Shown here piece after piece: positions 61,881 through 64,000 of a stretch of 64,000 nucleotides of DNA (its first letter is position 1; each line of letters starts with the position of its first letter). A model generated the notes under the pieces. The model had not been told where the DNA came from. It made no database searches and was given only the letters and a program-made list of their open reading frames with translations. A program made the position numbers and the translations under genes. Source of the DNA: Somniosus microcephalus (lineage: Eukaryota); assembly GCA_052327205.1 (NCBI GenBank), contig CM126223.1, positions 61,380,001 through 61,444,000 on the forward strand, in the 5' to 3' direction.

Positions 61881-64000
61881 TTGACAGGCAGAATGCTCTT
61901 TGAGGGGGATGGTGGCTACAAGCTCTAACCCCAATCATATACTTTGCGAGAGATGCAAAAATTGCTGATATAGAAATTCATTTTCAAGTAAAAGAGCAGT
62001 GTGTTCATTTACCAATCCAGAGGCAGAGACACAGCAAGTTGAATCTGTTTAAGGAACTCAGTATTTTTTCAGGAACCAATCACTAAACAATTCACTCATT
62101 TCCAGAGATTAGAAATTTACCAGACCCCAGCACCCTCCCGCTGCAAGAATCCAGCAATGAGCCAAACTCCACATTCCATCCCCGTTCTTCCAAACCCAAG
62201 ATTACATCTCCACCGTGACGCTAAACTACAGGGCCGTCTTCCCCAAATGCTACCAGACCCTACCCAAGACACCACTCCTACCAAATCTCAGGACTATCGC
62301 CTAGTGCGATCAAAACTTATGACTTGACTTACCCTTCCTCCTTAGTGTTGCTATGCACCAGGTACCTACCTCCAACTGACACATCTTGCATGTATCCTCA
62401 GATTTAAATAAAGGTAAAGGATAAAAAAGTTATATGCAAGGAAAAATATTTTTAAAAGCCCATTTTATCAATGTAATAAAGGAAATTAATCTTGTTCACA
62501 GAAAAATGAACATTCCTACAGTACAATCCCAAAAAGTTAAAAAATCCCCAACACAATGAACAGAATTATTCAGTCACCGTAGCTTCCCTGGTAATAGTGT
62601 TTCATGCATAATAACCGTAGCATTACAAAACAGTATATCCCTTAACTCATTACACCGAGATAACTGCTAGTAATGCTGTAATATTCAGTTTTATGTACAG
62701 CAGGGACTGTGTGTTTATAAAGGTGACATCACATCAATTTTGTTGTGTCTGGCTATTGGGTTGAAGGTGGTTTAAATTTCCCACATATTTATCTCAAGTT
62801 CTCCTAGATTTGAATCTCCCAGGCAGATGGCACTATTGGCCACAGTATCATCCCCTTTCACACAGATCACCTCCCCTGCCAGCCTGCAGCCCTAGCAACC
62901 ACCCTCCCTACCCAACACAGCCACTTGCAGCTTCAAAGGTAACTGCTACCCGCTGGCCTCCAGCCCTGTCCAGATCCTTTCCTAGATTGATTGCCAAAAC
63001 ATTTCCCTACCCACCAATTGCTGCTTGAAAAACTTCCCTAACACTCCACACCTACCACTGACATATTAAGGGGGTGGGGGAAAAAAAACCGTAACAGGAA
63101 AGATAAACACACAACCAGGAAAAACAGCAGCAAAGGACAAGAAGTGGAGCACTTGGATTTGAAAGTGAGCAGCAACACTGGCTTGTAATAATTCCTTCAT
63201 TTGTATAGCAGCTCATCATACTGAAATATCCCAATGCTTCACAAAATGAAAATTTACATTTAAGCTTTGTTTTATTGCCGAGACTTGAGTCTACAGCATG
63301 TTCTATTTGGGCATCGAGTACAACTAAAAGGGTACCCAATCTCAGTTAAACATGAAACGGCCCTCTTTATGCCAGCTGATGATAGTAGATACGGCACTTC
63401 GTAGTAATGACCTCTACTGGTAACTAAAACAGCCTCTGAAAAAACTATGTTCACAAAACAAATGTAACATTAAGGTCTGTGGCCAGTAGTCATCTGTAAG
63501 ACAGTGTATTTTCACTCAGAATTGATTTCACTTTCTCCAGCAATGTTAGCTGTACAAGTGCATTTCAAATACTGTAGTGATTCGTGCACTTTTTCCTCAG
63601 TTCTGAGTGGCAACCCCGATTATAGGCATGCCCAAGCATCGACTTGAAATGTGACAACTGCATTCCATGGAGCCTCAAGGGCCACATCTTAAATTTAAAT
63701 CCATGTTTACCGGTTACATCTGTAACTGCTTATGCTGTGTTCAGATGATTAATCTACTAATGGCAGCCCTTTTAAAAGGCCCCAAATTAAAACAGGACAA
63801 ACCAGCAAGTAAACACAAGTTCAAAGGCCCAAGTTTGTAGGCTTTTTATTGCTAGGGTTTGGAGGCTGCAGTTTGGACACTCCTGCCCTACTACTGGATA
63901 ACTCTCACCCTACTCTTCATTACAGATTCAGTTCACAATCAAACTGCTTACAAGCCGCAAATCTTCAACACCCTTATAAATTGAACTCCTCCAGCATCGT

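Noticed and set aside
46000-64000. A neighbouring or divergent protein-coding gene upstream of the promoter
   Set aside because: No exon with recognisable homology was found and the region is dominated by TE relics; very small exons cannot be excluded.

Overview
This is vertebrate genomic DNA. The repeat content (Deu-domain tRNA SINEs, HE1/HER1-type tails, CR1, L2, Penelope, LF-SINE-like copies) points to a cartilaginous fish, probably a shark. The only supportable protein-coding gene is a MAZ/VEZF1-family C2H2 zinc-finger transcription factor on the minus strand. Its coding exons are 45669-45637, 26423-25747, 24283-24220, 19881-19710, a cassette exon 16903-16709 and terminal exon 9378-9260. 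It has MAZ-type exon architecture: an extra exon adding fingers 7-8 and a terminal exon starting TGEVC. Much of its sequence is nonetheless VEZF1-like. A CpG-rich promoter lies at about 45.4-45.9 kb, and a long 3' UTR may extend to about 0.55 kb. The rest is mostly decayed transposons. Introns 1 and 3 hold a cluster of hairpin-rich TA-flanked MITEs, one containing a 29-bp minisatellite. Almost all ORFs in the six-frame track are spurious or are TE remnants. Repeat boundaries are read by eye and approximate, and family names are recalled from memory rather than database searches.
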